54,743 nt of DNA, filler included, from Sphacelaria rigidula (GCA_964200075.2; 4 parts of 4 records of this genome joined end to end with filler, not necessarily neighbours in it), one strand, 5' to 3'; counted from the whole stretch's first letter, positions 38,186 to 52,300 are shown. Numbers and translations are program-made. Notes: a model not told the origin generated them from the sequence alone.

Positions 38186-40855
38186 TGTCGACCAAACCAA
38201 ACAATATTCAAAACCAGGGGCGCGCTGGGCAACAACGAAAACGAAATATCCGGAACATAAAGGAGAGAGACAACACGTGGCAACCGTCCTTGTAAACGGG
38301 AGGGCTTATCGTGTCTACGAAGAAAGTAGGGTCAAACGTTTCAGCCAAGAAGGTCAAGAAAATTCAGGCACTTGGCTTCGGTTACTATCGCCCATGTTAA
38401 TATAAAACTCAACGTGGTACGCACACAAAAGGGGGACACGTCACGACCGATCACGAAGAGGGAGGCGGCATTCGCGCACGGAGCGATTGAACAAGAGCGC
38501 AAATATTCCAGACGTGGGCGTCAGGTATGGCTAGCGCTCGCTCCGGAATCTCTTCATCAAAAACTAGCAAATAAAAAATACAGACCATATAATAAACAAA
38601 GCAAGACAAAAAGTGCGTACAGTGAAGAAAAATGAAGAAATAACTAACTCGTGGCAACTGTTCCAGGAGCCGGAATGGTCGTGAATGTACGGCGCGGAGG
38701 ACGGAGATTCAAGGTTCCCGACTCGGGGTCAGGAATGGAACGATCGTCACTTGTACTTTGCCAGATGAACCCAGGAATAACCAAGAAAATTACTCATTGG
38801 TAACAAAAAGAATCGGACACAAAGCACGAGGCGAAAAGAGAAGAAAACAAGAGAAGAAAACAAGAGAAGAAAACAAAAAAAGCAAAAAAACAAAGACAAA
38901 AATAAATCAAAACAAAATGAAGCAAAGGCAAAGAAAACCAAAACACAAAAAGCACTATATTCGTGAGATTCAGAGTGTAGTTTCAGATTCAGAGTCAGAA
39001 TTCAAACGGAAGAACTGTTTTCTTTGTGGTCGATTCTTATCCGAAACAGTTCGCGTCACTAATCAACCAATCCGAGTAATGAACATGCGTGTTTTCACAG
39101 CCTCCAATGTTGGTTGGTTAGTGACGCGAACTGTTTCGCATAAGAATCGACCACAGAGAAAAATGTACTTCCGTTTGAAATCCTGACTCTGAATCTAAAA
39201 CTACACTCTGAATCTCACGAATATAGTGTTAAAATCAGGGTCCAAAGCAACAAAAAACAAAACACAAAACAAGAAAAATATACAAAATAAAAAAATAAAC
39301 GACGAAATACCAAATACAGAACACAACATCAACCACTACGAGTACGGGGCTAATCAGTAAGAAACAAATGAAGGGGGGGAGGGGGGGGAACACACGGTTT
39401 TCCAACGACGCTATGGTGCAAGCAAGCGACTCGAGCGTGGTACACTACGTAAGGTGAATGTGGAAGCAGACTTGGATGCATCATGACTCATCTGCATCCC
39501 AAGCGGTGCCCGTGTTCCGTAGAACGGCTGAGTCGAGATCGCCTTGGTCGTGTCGTTGGAGGCACCAGGATCCCCTCCGAGCGGTCGGCACCTCGGTATA
39601 GTACGCGTCATCCAAGCGAATCTTAAGGGGACTCGGGTCATCAAGGAAACGGATAAAGTAGGAGTGATCAGATGCAGGATCGACCAAATGAATTTCACCC
39701 AACCACCACAGTAAATCCAAGAGCTTATACCAAAAGTGCGCCCCCTTCGCTAAGCGGTTTCCGTGAAAAGACTGCATGTATTGTGCACGCGAGAGAAGGC
39801 TATAACCTGTCACAACAAACCGCGCTGAGTGTTCACGTGCCAGTTCCCGAGCGGCAGCTCCCTTGCGCATCGACCGATATCTCTCATTCAACGGGCGGTA
39901 TAGGGCGGTATCTCCGACCCAGTACAGCAATATTTCCCGACTAAAATGACGCAAATCAACTTCACGCTCCCATGTAACACGCATGATACTCTCCCAATGT
40001 GTTTGATACATTACCGCTCCCTTACCTCCACGACCGCGAACCAGTTGATGGCCCGAAATCCTATCTACCTCAAGTCGTTCCAGGGGTGCGTCCGCATCCT
40101 CGACCGTCATATGATACGGCGGAGTTTTGATCGCATACTTGGTCAACACATACTGGCTAAGCCGTAGCGGCAGTTGTTTGGGCATGTCAGAGGAGTCTTG
40201 AGGGGGGATACACGGTTTGCATCGTAGCATTGAGACGCGATTTTTCGGTATCAAGCCAGGTTCATCCGTGGGAAAATCTAAATACAAAAGTTTTGCTCCC
40301 ACCGGACTCTTGTCGGGTGCGGTAGCGCTTGGACTAACAGCTAAAATTTCCCAAGGACCAGTCCAATTCAGGGATAGTTTCGCCTTCAATACTTCGTCCA
40401 AAGATGATGATTTCGAGCTAGCCCCTTGATTGATGGTCTTCACATCGTTATACACTCATGCCTATTGGCCTACCTTCCACACCGGGCGGTTATGTACCAC
40501 ATCATCCAACATCGAGTTCGCCCTGGTCACCTTGGCCAAATTGATTTGGTTCTGTCCTCGTACCACTTCATATGCAAGACGAAAGCGATTGCTAACCGAC
40601 AAATGATACTCTACAACATCACGATCTAGATTCTGAAGTCAGCCTGTATTTTTGCGTTCGAATACCGTGAAAGGTAACCTAGGTATGCGTCCAATATCAA
40701 TTTCATTCATCGACCATCCCGTAGCGGCAATGACTGAATTGTTGTAGTTCATTTGGACAAGGGCAGGTGTAGGCCCCAGTCCATCTGTCTCTCATTTGCT
40801 ACAGCAGCAAGCATCTGTGCCAGCGTATGGTTCACTCGTTTCGGCCCACCACTAA
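38186..40855 (-). mobile_element. Second Gypsy family (B): integrase C-terminus, 3' UTR and 3' LTR, inserted antisense in A2
   Basis: ORF 39481-40455 (KLSLNWTGP, ISGHQLVRGRGGK..YQTHW, WERE), integrase-core remnants at 40650-40855, and a putative LTR at 38186-38749 (TGTCGA...TCGTCA) starting where A2 homology stops. Confidence 0.8.
38953..39228. mobile_element. Foldback MITE with CACTA...TAGTG termini
   Basis: Inverted arms of about 120 bp (CACTATATTCGTGAGATTCAGAGTGTAG / CTACACTCTGAATCTCACGAATATAGTG); no TSD evident. Confidence 0.75.
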
Positions 40856-41035
40856 CAGTGTTTTCGTGAGATTGAGCGTCTACGATACGATTGAGAGTAG
40901 GCTTTTCATGGCTTTCAGCGGCCGGTTGTGCCTGCATCATTAATGAACAAAACGCTTACCTCGCACATTGAAACAATGTTTCCGTGAAATTGAGCGTTGA
41001 AAGTACGATTGAGAGTAAGGTCTTATTCACAACAT

Positions 41036-41135
41036 NNNNNNNNNNNNNNNNNNNNNNNNNNNNNNNNNNNNNNNNNNNNTTAATTAATTAANNNNNNNNN
41101 NNNNNNNNNNNNNNNNNNNNNNNNNNNNNNNNNNN
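41036..41135. other. Artificial contig spacer
   Basis: N44-TTAATTAATTAA-N44. Confidence 0.95.
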
Positions 41136-41689
41136 TTCTCATCCTCAATCAAAAGCACCATCCTCAACATAGATGATTGGCTGTTTGAAGGACGATCTTT
41201 TCATTTTGTCACACCTCGCATAGGTGCTCTTTTCCCGGGCTGGACGTTATCGGCCGAGTTTCAAAACACCGTTGAAAGGCAAAAACCAAAGTGTGTTTTT
41301 TTTCCTGTATTTCTTCTTCATCGCCTCTGTATGCCCAACAACGCAACAATATTTTGCACTTTTTCCTGGGGCTTGTATGTTTCGGGGGGGGAATCCGACA
41401 CCGGAATCGAGCAGCTTTTGGCATATGCCAGACGTTTTTTTTGTTGTGTTCTGAAAAAGAATCGACGAAGTTATTGGGGGGGAAACGGATCTGGAATTTA
41501 ACGTTCGCTTTTTTATGCAATAACCAACGTATTGATTTCAAAATCTAGTGCGGCAATCGTTTCCTCTCACAAATACTCCGAACGTTTTTTCCTCCCTGAA
41601 AACGAAATTTCACGATATGTCAGACACTTTCTACGATTACCCTTTCCCCCCAAAAAACAAACGAAGAACTTCTTCGTAGAGAATATCTA

Positions 41690-41925
41690 CATGCCCCCAT
41701 AACCAAAGAGTAGGGTGGGCGATGTACAGCGGAGGTTTGGAGATATAGTAGTAGATGTACACAAGTATAAAAGGCAAGGAGAAATAGTGTCAGTGGGAGA
41801 TTTAAATGTAAGGGTAAGGAAAACAGGTCAACCGGGGGGTATCATCGCGCAACACGGGGAAGAGAACACGAATGAGGTAAAAATGCTAAAGTTCCCTGAG
41901 CATGTCGAGATGATGTAATGTGACG
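41690..41925 (+). pseudogene. LINE AP-endonuclease fragment
   Basis: GEIVSVGDLNVRV resembles the GDFNAR motif of the LINE endonuclease. Confidence 0.5.
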
Positions 41926-43278
41926 GGGATTTACAGTCGCTAAATTACTGTTTCTGGGTGCAGACTGGCGGGTACTAGAATCCCATATCTTGGGTGGATA
42001 TTCCAGCGGCATGTGGATCAACCACCAACCAGCCGTTCGTTTCAACACGCGCGTCGCTGGTCGCTATCGCGTGAACGACGCGGATTTATACAAGTCTAAG
42101 GACAGATGTATACGTTTTCAGGGTTGAAGTTGAGTCGATTGGATTTGACTTGAGATATGACTTGAGTAAAAATATTTTTGGGATCGGGGATATGCTGAGT
42201 CCTCCGCACGAAAACCACTCGATCCCACTCGATCATCGTCGCAGGGATGCAGCAGCATAGCAGAGGATTCAGCAGCACAGCAGAAGATTAATCAACACTT
42301 CGCCCATCGTCTGTTGTGTTCAGTGTAGTACTCTGTACTCCATATAATGAGGTCACGTTTTGGGCAGTTTTTTACAAGTTCTGCTTGTTTTTTGAAAAGT
42401 TCTGATTGATTCTGAAAAATTGTTCTGAAAAAAACGAGACAGTTTTCCGTCACAGAAATTCAATGCCAAATCTGAAATGGTCTGAGACAACAACCAATTT
42501 GAAAGTTGGACCTGAACGGCACGCAGCTTGGAATTCGTGCACTGCTGGCGCGAGTCGTCCCTCCTCCGTCGAGTACATCGTAACTATCCGATAAGTTGTG
42601 CAACAGTTCGAGGGCTGCCATACATGGAACTGACACATTAGATGCGCATGAGCCAATGAGTACCCTTGGAGATTGGGTGCATGAGCTAATCGAGTGCAAA
42701 TTCTCAGAGTCGCATGTTGGTGTCTCCTTGGCGGAAACAAAAGTGACATAAGTTAGGAGAGATCGTGTCTCATGTCTGTATTCAACCACAGTGGCACTCC
42801 TCCCAGCGGCATAATACAACTGACTCTTCTCGGTTAATGGAAGGATCATCATCGCTCAACATTCCCGGTCACCAGCAACACATAACAGTAGCCATGTGAT
42901 CAACACAACCCGTTCTGTACAACACAAACCTGAACGGACTAGCTGCGCACAATTGCATCCAAATTTCACGCTTGGTCGCAGGTTCTACGATAACAGAGAC
43001 GGAGGTAGCTCATTGCAACCCCAATGCTACAGCTCACAAAAATTACATTCGGCACTACAAGTATGCTACTTTTGTGCATGCCTGGATTTAGAACTCAGGT
43101 CCGAAACACCTGATACTGCTGATCTCAGTATCGCCTTCATGTGCCACAACCAATCGCCCATAACTCAAATCGTCCATGAGTATTGCCGTACACTCAAATC
43201 ACCATGGCTGCAGATCCTGCACACAGAGCCGCACATCCCACCCACCCCCTAGAATCGCACAACACGGAGCGTACACCA

Positions 43279-43517
43279 CTATTTAGGCACAACGGTGCCC
43301 GCTGCTACAGCCGCCTCGTAGTTTTTACGGCCAAAATATCGCTTGCCGGCCTCATAGCTAAACATCATGATGGCGCACGCCGGCGCCACCTTTCCCACGC
43401 GCGCAATTGCCCCCGTGAACAAACCACCGGGCCCTCGGCTGTCTATTATGCTTCGCATAACGTCGAAAGTTCCCGGATTTCGACGAGGAGGTGGTGGTCG
43501 GTGCTCGCACCCTTGGC
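43279..43517 (-). CDS. Mitochondrial carrier exon 3
   Basis: ACACAG|GC CAA to TAG stop. Confidence 0.88.
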
Positions 43518-46294
43518 CTGTGTACGAGAAAATGAGAGGAGACATGGGTTAGCAGTAGAATGGGTCGAAACATCGAGGGTGAGGGGAAAGGGACACTAGT
43601 TCGGAACACATGAAGACGAAGCGGTGACGAAAAATGAAGTGACCCAGGCGTACACGTCCAACTGAGAAGCTGTGTTAAGTCACAGTATCAAGTCGCAACA
43701 TCACTGCGGTCCGTGGTCCTACAGGAGAGAGGACGTGCAACGGAAGCCCGCACTACAGAGCAGATAAAGAGAGAGAGAGAGAATGGTAATCCAGCTTCTA
43801 TATCCCACAGTACTCGCACAGCAACAAGGAAAAACTTGGGTGCACGAGCCTTTTTGAGACATCTGGAATCACATATATTTCAATCGTTGCGGCTCTAGGG
43901 GTTCGTGTTTACGCAGAGTTCTTGCACTATGCATACTTAAGCAGCAAACGACGACGTAAACGCTCCCCCTGCTAGCGCCATGAACAAGTCCCTTCGATCC
44001 TCGGAATGCTGAATAACAGGCTACCAAACTCACCCTCAACGCCTTGGACAAGGACCTGCTGCTGCGTCTTCGCCACATCAAACGGGTGCGTCAGCAAGCT
44101 CGCCACGACCCCCGACATGGCCCCTGCCGCGAACGACCGCATCAAAAAGTCCGCCGATTCCCTCTCGGCCCCAGAATCCCCTGCATTTCCTCGGCCGCAG
44201 CCCAGTCCCACTTTCAAGTTTTCGTACCCAAGCCAATACACCATCGAGAATGGCACGTCTCTCCACAATGTTGTGCCCACCCCCCTCCAAAGCGCCAACG
44301 GCCCCTCTTCCCGGAAAACGGTGGATACAGCCCTTCCCACGGTAGCCAGAGGAAGCCGGCTTAACACTCCGTTCCCCAGCCCAAACCCTTTGCTGACGCT
44401 GCCCGCTGTCGCGGGAGTCTTAGTTGACTGAATTCGTGTCCGCACCAGCTCCAAAGGTGCCATGCAATAAGTGGCCAATATTCGAGCCGACGCGCCAGCC
44501 GTGATTGGCGCCGCCACGTTCCCCGCCCCTGCACCCTCCAGCCGACCCAGGAAATCCTCGTAGACTGTGTAGTACAGTACTGTTGCGGGCACCGCCATAA
44601 GCAGAGACACATCCAACCCTCGGTACAGTCCACGAGGGCCTTCCCACCGTGCGATGTGGTGAAGCGCTGCTATCGTGCCTGGAGGCAGTGCTGTGGGGCG
44701 CTCCCTGGGCATTGTTCGGGAGGCGTTTGCGGTGAATTCGGCCGCGGCGGAAGCGCCCACAGATTCCAGATAAGCCGCTGCAGGCATTGCACGCGCAGAG
44801 GTAGTGTAGGTTCGTCCCTGCTGTCGGCATTTGTCACAGGGTTCCCATGCCGGCGTGGACGCGGATCGGCCGGCCGAGTGTCGACCCACAGCTTCTGCTT
44901 GTGCCGCTTGTACTCGAGTCTTCACAACATCTATGCGCGGTGCATATAGCGCGAGACGCGGGGTCGAACAAGCACGGAATCAATCAAGGTCAAAAGTAAG
45001 CATATTCTGTTCAACTAGTAACGACATCATAATGGAGCACGTTCAAAACGTGCGGTACGAGGGTGCTGGTGAAGAATCTAGACTGTGAACCACTAGCGAA
45101 ATTAGGCCAACACTCGGACGGCAAGGCGCGTTGATCTGCAGGCGATTGCACTGCACAGCACGTCACAGTACAAGCGAATGGTAGACGTTCATATTTCAGC
45201 CGTGGCTTCATTCATCACAAACCAGAATCTCCGTCTATATTTTCATTGTTTTGCCTCCTACCCGCGCATCAAGTAGAGATCACAGTTTGCCCACTGTGCA
45301 CTGTGTGGCCAGCAGAAATACAACCTGTTTGCACGGCACACGCTGTGGGCGGGGACGGAGAGCTTCACCAAGATTCAGGCGTCAGTGTCGAATTGTCATC
45401 TGCATCACAACGCCTCAATATCAGAGGAACCGTTTTTCATTCATTTTCGTTCATATTTCGCACTTTGAACCCCTCTCCCTCCTCGGGACGAGTCCATGGT
45501 CTCGAGAGATCAACCCATATCCCCCCGGTGCACGCCTTGCATTTTGGTCTCGTGGATTCGGTCAGCACTCTCTCACTGCGTCAATTCTCATCCCACAAAC
45601 TCAGTCAACTTCTTTTTTTTTCACTCACGTACGAACACTTTCGACGATGGCAATCAGTCAGACACTTTCAAAAAAAAAATCCAACGAATCGGAATTCGAA
45701 CCCTCATTCTCTCCACCCCGATGGTGGCAGTCGGGCCATTATATTTTACACCGATGGAACGCGGCGGCCGTATTGTTCATGGATGTGATTAACGTACGGT
45801 GGTCGTCGTGGTGCAAAATACCCATTTATTTCCAAATCACGCGGTCACCAGACAGCGACACTAGATACCCATTTATTTCTAAGTCACTCGGTGTAGACAG
45901 AGAGTGACACTTCCATATCTAGTTTTCTAATGTAGAGCCCTGGCTAGACAACCGGGCGGACGACTACCGAAGCGAACATCATTCGAAACACTAGTCGGGA
46001 GGGGGAGAATCTAGGACCAGGGTGCCCGGAACAAAAGTAACTGAAGTGCCTGAAGGACGATCTCCACGCTTTCGGAGCCACAGACGGATCTACGAACGAC
46101 AATCACCAGACATTCGGAATTGACCGCGTCCTATGGCCCTCAGCAGCAACTGAGAGTTTTTCTGGGTCTTCTTTCTTCTTCTCACATACCTTATTATAGG
46201 TAGCTAGCGTGTGACCACGGAAGGCGTCCTCATCAGATGCCCAGTACGAATATACCGCGCAAATATCGGAACGTGTTTTAATGTGAAGACAACG

Positions 46295-46330
<36 letters not shown>

Positions 46331-49300
46331 TATGCCAGAGCTGTCACAGAATGCGCGTCCACGCGCCGTCTCAACGGTGAATCATACAGCCCCCGGATGT
46401 TGAGCATTCCCTTGCATTGCTGGTGGGCGTTTACTAAATCATTGCACTGAGCTATCCTCGTGTAGTAAACATTTTGCATCCAAAAAAACTACATGAAGGG
46501 AGGGCCCTTAGCATTGAGAATTGTCACTTGCTGATGACATGAAGATGGCACCGTGGCCCGAACGGGCGAAAAAATACCCCCACAGGAACTAAAATTGCGA
46601 TAACTTTGCTTGGGTTTTACCCAGGTGATGATCTCCTACTTGCCTACCGCGACAACGTTACGAGCACGTCGATCATAGGATCTACGGCCTAGATGAGAGC
46701 GAAGAACATGACCTTGTTGCCACACATTCCGAGTATACCTATGTTCACCAACTTGGAGTATGATACATGTTTTCGCTCCGAGTCGGCGTTCACTTTGTGA
46801 CCCGAAAAATTAAAAACAAATATCAAGCACATGTTAGGATTGCTGTTTTTCGTGGTGCCGGTACATGTCGAGTGCGGTGTTTAGATCTTGTACGCATGCC
46901 AAATCGTCTCAACTGTCGTTTCTTCTTGACTGTGCCGGACACAAAAACAAAAACTTGTTTCATCGGCAGCTAAATACAACGGCATGATTGAGCGATCAGG
47001 GTGTCTTCTGCACGCTGTTACTCATCTGCTCCGTAGTGTTGCACAATACTACAGACAGTGCGCAGCAGATCTATGACAGCACAAGAGAGGCCATGCAGGG
47101 CACGAAGAATACGCCCAGAGCAAAACGAACCTAATTTGCTTGTGTTTTTTTCCCATGGTCAACTGGTCGTTACGGTCAAATACAGCTAGGCTACGAGGTA
47201 GCTGATCCGTAGTTGACCTAGTGGCCAAATTGACCCATCACATGAAGCTGAAGTGGTCATTTCATTCCCTTCAACTTGGTGCCTGAGTTATACTTCTCCT
47301 TTGGAAACTTCCCGGCAGATGTAGTTGAGTGTTGAGTTGGGAAGCATCCCCCGTCATCTGTGATGAGGCACACACCCCTTACCCCCAACCCCCTCTCCCC
47401 CACAGGCCGGTTTAGGGTGAACGCCCAAAAACTGTTCATCAACAAATCCCTTTGCGGTGTCTATAAAATAGTCGCATACATGATATCATACGGACCGCCA
47501 TGGACAACTGAAGAGCGTGACGTGGCAGGATTTTTGTTCAAGACCATAGAGCTGGCGACAAGGGCGAAAAAGTACCTCGACCAATTAGCCGCCTTCAAAC
47601 TTGTTCTTGACCAAAAATACACGAAATATTAACTCAACCTTTACCCACTCTCCATATGCTTCATAACAGAGTAACCGCCATCAGCTCAGGAACCTAACGG
47701 GACGATGATACTTGAAAACGGTTGAAATGAGATCGAAATATATCTCAAACAGCAGGATTTCGGTGATGTGAGGTTTCGGCGTCGTCAGATTTCCACTGCA
47801 CCGAAGTCCCCGAAAGCCTCGGGACGGTTTCCCTTATACAGGCTGGTTCACGCTCATCACCCACAAAACACTCATCGGCAAAACTTCACGCCGTTTCAAG
47901 GAGTTAGACACTGAAATTTGGCACGAATGTTCTATGGGTAATCACGCAACTTTGAGGGAACGTTTTTTTTTACATATTCCACCGTTTTTCGGGGGTTCCA
48001 GTTTTTCAGGGAAACCTCGACCCAATCGGACCCCCGTAAAACGAAAACAAAAAAAATAAAAAATAAACGCTCCAGCAAAGTTGCGTAATGTCTCAAAGCA
48101 TAGTTGTACAAAATTTCAGGCGTCTAATTCCTTAAAACGGCATGAAGTTTTTGGCCTTTGTGCGATGAAGTTTACCGCAAACTACTTGATTTTAGTACCA
48201 AAACGGCGTTTTGGGGCCTTGTTTGACGTGAACATGGAAATTTAAGCATCAGCTGATCGAGTTTCGCGACGAAAAATTGTGGAGCCCATCCTTGGGTTAT
48301 GCGAAGGCAGAAAGTTCGTGCCGTTTTTCTGGGGTCCCAAAATGAAGACTACTTCGAAAAACGACTTCGATCCCATCGGACCCCCGAAAAACGGTGGAAG
48401 CTCAAGTACAAAAAACATCGCCCGTAGAAAGTTGCGTAATGATACATAGCATATATATGCGAAGTTTCAGGATCCAGCTCCTTATGACAGCGTGAAAGTT
48501 TGCGCGTTTGTGGAGGACGTGGGCTTGAAACGTACAACTCCGCACTTCTTGGTTTTAGTATGGAAACGTCTTTTGGGGTGAATTTGACGTCAAGGCAAAA
48601 AAAACTGTATGAGGTTTTTGAGTTTCTCCACCAAACTTTGTACATGTGTTCCTTGGGCTCTCCCAGGACGCATCATTTCAATGTTTTTCTCTTAAGGCAT
48701 TCTGTAACGCCTTCCGGGGGTCTTCATGCTGGGACTCCCGGAAGCCGGTAGAGAACGGAGAAAACTTTATGTATTGTCAAGAATACAACTTTTCCATTTT
48801 GAGCATCAATACCTATAGAACTGCCGAGTTTGAGGGCGATCTAAGCTCTTCTACAACAGATATAGGGGACACCGGCAAAAATACCGTATTTTTCCCGACA
48901 ACTCGACGCTTTTTCAGTTGACGGGAAAAAATCCAGAATCCGGCCGATAGAAAAACGGGGAGTACGAAATATCGGACAAGCGTGCTGGAATCCTCGTGAA
49001 AAATAGAGCAAATCTTTCCGAGGAGGCCAGATCCGCCAAGGCCCGTATTTCGCCAATAATTCGTGATAGAAGGTTCAAAAGGGCCGTTTTCAGACAAAAA
49101 AAACTGTCTATGAGAAGCAGCCTTAAACAAAAATCCGGCTATGTCACCCTCTTCGCCTCTTCATTGCGGTCAGTATGATACCATATATGCGACTATTGGG
49201 TGCGTATTGCGGAAGGCATTTGCTGATGACACAATTTTGGGTGATCACCGTGAACCAGCCTGTACCTGTCGTAGAAAAGCTCAGGTCGCTCTCGAACTTG

Positions 49301-52300
49301 CCCGGTCGATGCATTGGTCCTCCATATGGAAAAAATGTATGTTTTGTTGAAAAAATATTTCAAACTTTCTCAGGTATTTACCGGCTTCCGGGGGTCCAGG
49401 CGTCGAGACCCCCGGGAAGCCGGTATAGAATGCCTTACAGCAGAAAGTGAAAGAAGGGTATTTGTCCCGGGCTGGCCGAAGGAAGATTTTCCTCATGCTT
49501 TGCTGCGAAAGTCGACGAAGTGATGTAAGGGGCTCGTTTTCATGTCGAAAAAGGCGTTCTATACTAAAAGCAAGTAGTGGGGTGTACCGACACGGTACAC
49601 AGTACACGTCACCGCACTCACCCGCAACACCTTACGCCGCCTTTTTGAGACAGACTCTGGAACATACGTACTCAAGGTCATTACGAAACTATTACAGGAC
49701 GGGGTTCTACGATTTTCATTTCTCCAACAGTTATCGGGGGTCCCCGATCGGAATGCGAACCCCTCAAAAACCCTGAATCCTGCCCGCGATAACCGTCGAA
49801 AAAACGAGAAAATCAAAAGACCCGCGTCTTCAAAAAGTCTCGTGATAACCTAGACTGCATGTGTACAGATTTTCAGAGTCTTGAACTCCAAAAATGGCGT
49901 GAGGTTTTGCGGATGAGTGCATTTGGGGTGTTCACCTTGAACCAGCTTATGGAAATCCCTCGATATACCGGGACTGCCAGTCGACGAAAATGTTTTGGGA
50001 CGGGGCTCGCAGTGAAAGGTTAATAGCCGCCACCAGACCGTAACGGACGCGACGGCGAAGTGCGAAGTGATGGTGAGTGCCCGAATGATCGATCAGACCG
50101 CGCCGCGCATTCCGTGGTGGGGGTACTTTGTGCGGTAGCAGGGAACCTCCTCATTCGTGCTACATTTTGCTGCTGCTCGAGTCGTTCGCCCGTGAGACAC
50201 ATATTTCCGTCTCAAGTAGTGGAACCAGTATATGCCTTCAGTGGCCAAGTACATGGTATTGAGGAAATCGCTAAGAAGGTAATATCGTGTTTCCAAATAT
50301 GCTATCAAGACTTTGTGAACAGAGGACCCCTCTTTCGTAGAGGTCACGCAAACTTGGCGACTATTTTCCATGGTTGAACACACGTCGTTGTCCTCAAACT
50401 CTGGGTTGATCCTAAGCCCCACCCCAACCTAAGGCATACCGTGAACCCTCGAGCAAGGAGGGAACACACAGTGATCCCGCCTATTATAACTCTTCTTCTA
50501 CTGTATGGGCGTTAGCATTGGAAAAAGCTCTTCAGAGTCCCTCGTATTCGAAGTAGGTTTCGATGCCTCAAGCGTCACCCAACCAAGGGCAGAAACGAAT
50601 TGAGTGCGTCAGAATTTTTCTGGTTCTTCTTACTGTTGTTGAACGTTACTTCTTCCCATCGGGTAGAACCGAGTCGCAAGAGAACAAATACCCACGCGAG
50701 TGTTCCCTAGACATCCCTGGCACTTCAAAAATCCAACACAAGAAGCGGGTCACGCAGCCAGGGGAAAGCATCGAAGCAGAATTTGCCGCCGTGTCATCTG
50801 TGTCAAAACTGATCGTGTGGTTCCGTTTCAATATTATGAGGGCGTTGTACTGAAATTAGAATTCATCATCGTGAGACCACGGCTGGACCCCTGGGGGGTC
50901 AGTTAAAGTGCGACAATCAATCAATCAATCGATCGATCGATCATCCGCGGGGTCAATTGGAGACGGTCATGCCCTAAGGCCTAAAATATGGTGAGACTAG
51001 AGGAGCAGAAGTCCTTGGAAGAGAGGTCTCCACATCAGCGCGGACACCTGGCGCTACTGAGCAGCATTTGCGCGTTTGGCAGCCGTATGGGAAAGGATGC
51101 ATATTACTCACTCTGTCCTATTTTGGAACGAAGTGAAAACCCTGCGCAAGGGCGATCACGTGCCTGCCAGAGAAGGGTGAACATTTTCACGTGGGGGCAC
51201 ACTACCGAAGAATATCCGATTGATTTTGATAGAAGAAAACTACAGCAGCTGCCTCTGTCATTTCAAGACCGCCGTGGTAACGGCCACGCTAAGTCTGGCA
51301 CCGTGAGGGAGGAGACGTTGCCCCCTGCCCGAACAGGTCCGCAGTGGTCCTCGACAGAAGACACTTTACTCCTTGGCTGCGTAGTGCGGCCGCGTCTTGC
51401 TCGGCACGGCGTATAAAACTCAAGGGTATCTGCCTTCAACATGTGGAGAACCTTAACTGGTATTGATTTCCCGCCTTGGTGCCAGCCTCGACCAACAGGG
51501 GGCCGATGTAAACAACAAGGATGGCAAGATCTACTCCTGCCTCCGCGCGGATTTCATATCGTTACCCTGTAGAACTGACATCAGAAAGTGTTTTTGTTTC
51601 CGGAATCACTGCAGCATCGTGCATAATATCCTTTCAAGCCACGGAGCGCACAAAACGGTAGGTCGCCAAAACTGCTGCGTCAACACCTACCTGCGGCTTC
51701 AGCCCACACATACGTCGACTTTCAGTATCATCAAACGCCTGGTGTACCGTGTTGTGGCGCCTAATCTTCAAAAATACCGCCTCCATATTATTGAAAAGGA
51801 ATAATACTGCTCAAGGATGCTTCCGTTCATAGCGTCTGCTTTTATTCGACAACCCATGCTCTCGCGAGTACTGTCTCTACTGCAATGTCGGTACCGTGGG
51901 GGTTGCCGACCTCGGACTGTCTGTAGACTGGAAGCATCATTCGTGCTGCAGGTATATATAATCTTACTCTTCTCAGTGTGCTGCCAGAGTGATCTTGATC
52001 TTACGTACATGGTTGTGGTGAGTCGTACAAAAGGTCTCGTGAGTACCGTTCTGTTCGATATCGCTGACTGTACTGGCTGTGCTGCGGAGGTCGCCATCCG
52101 ATTTCGCAAGCCACATATAAGTGACGAGTTCCAACTATTTCCACCGCTGATTCACTATTGAAGATTCTACTTAGTGGAACGAACGGCATTTACGTAATAG
52201 AACGTCCGTTGCCACAGGCAGCTGAGCTGGACAAACGCCCCACCAACCCGACGTGTCAGACGCCTTCACTCACGAGTTTAAGTAGTGTAACCCTGAGTGT

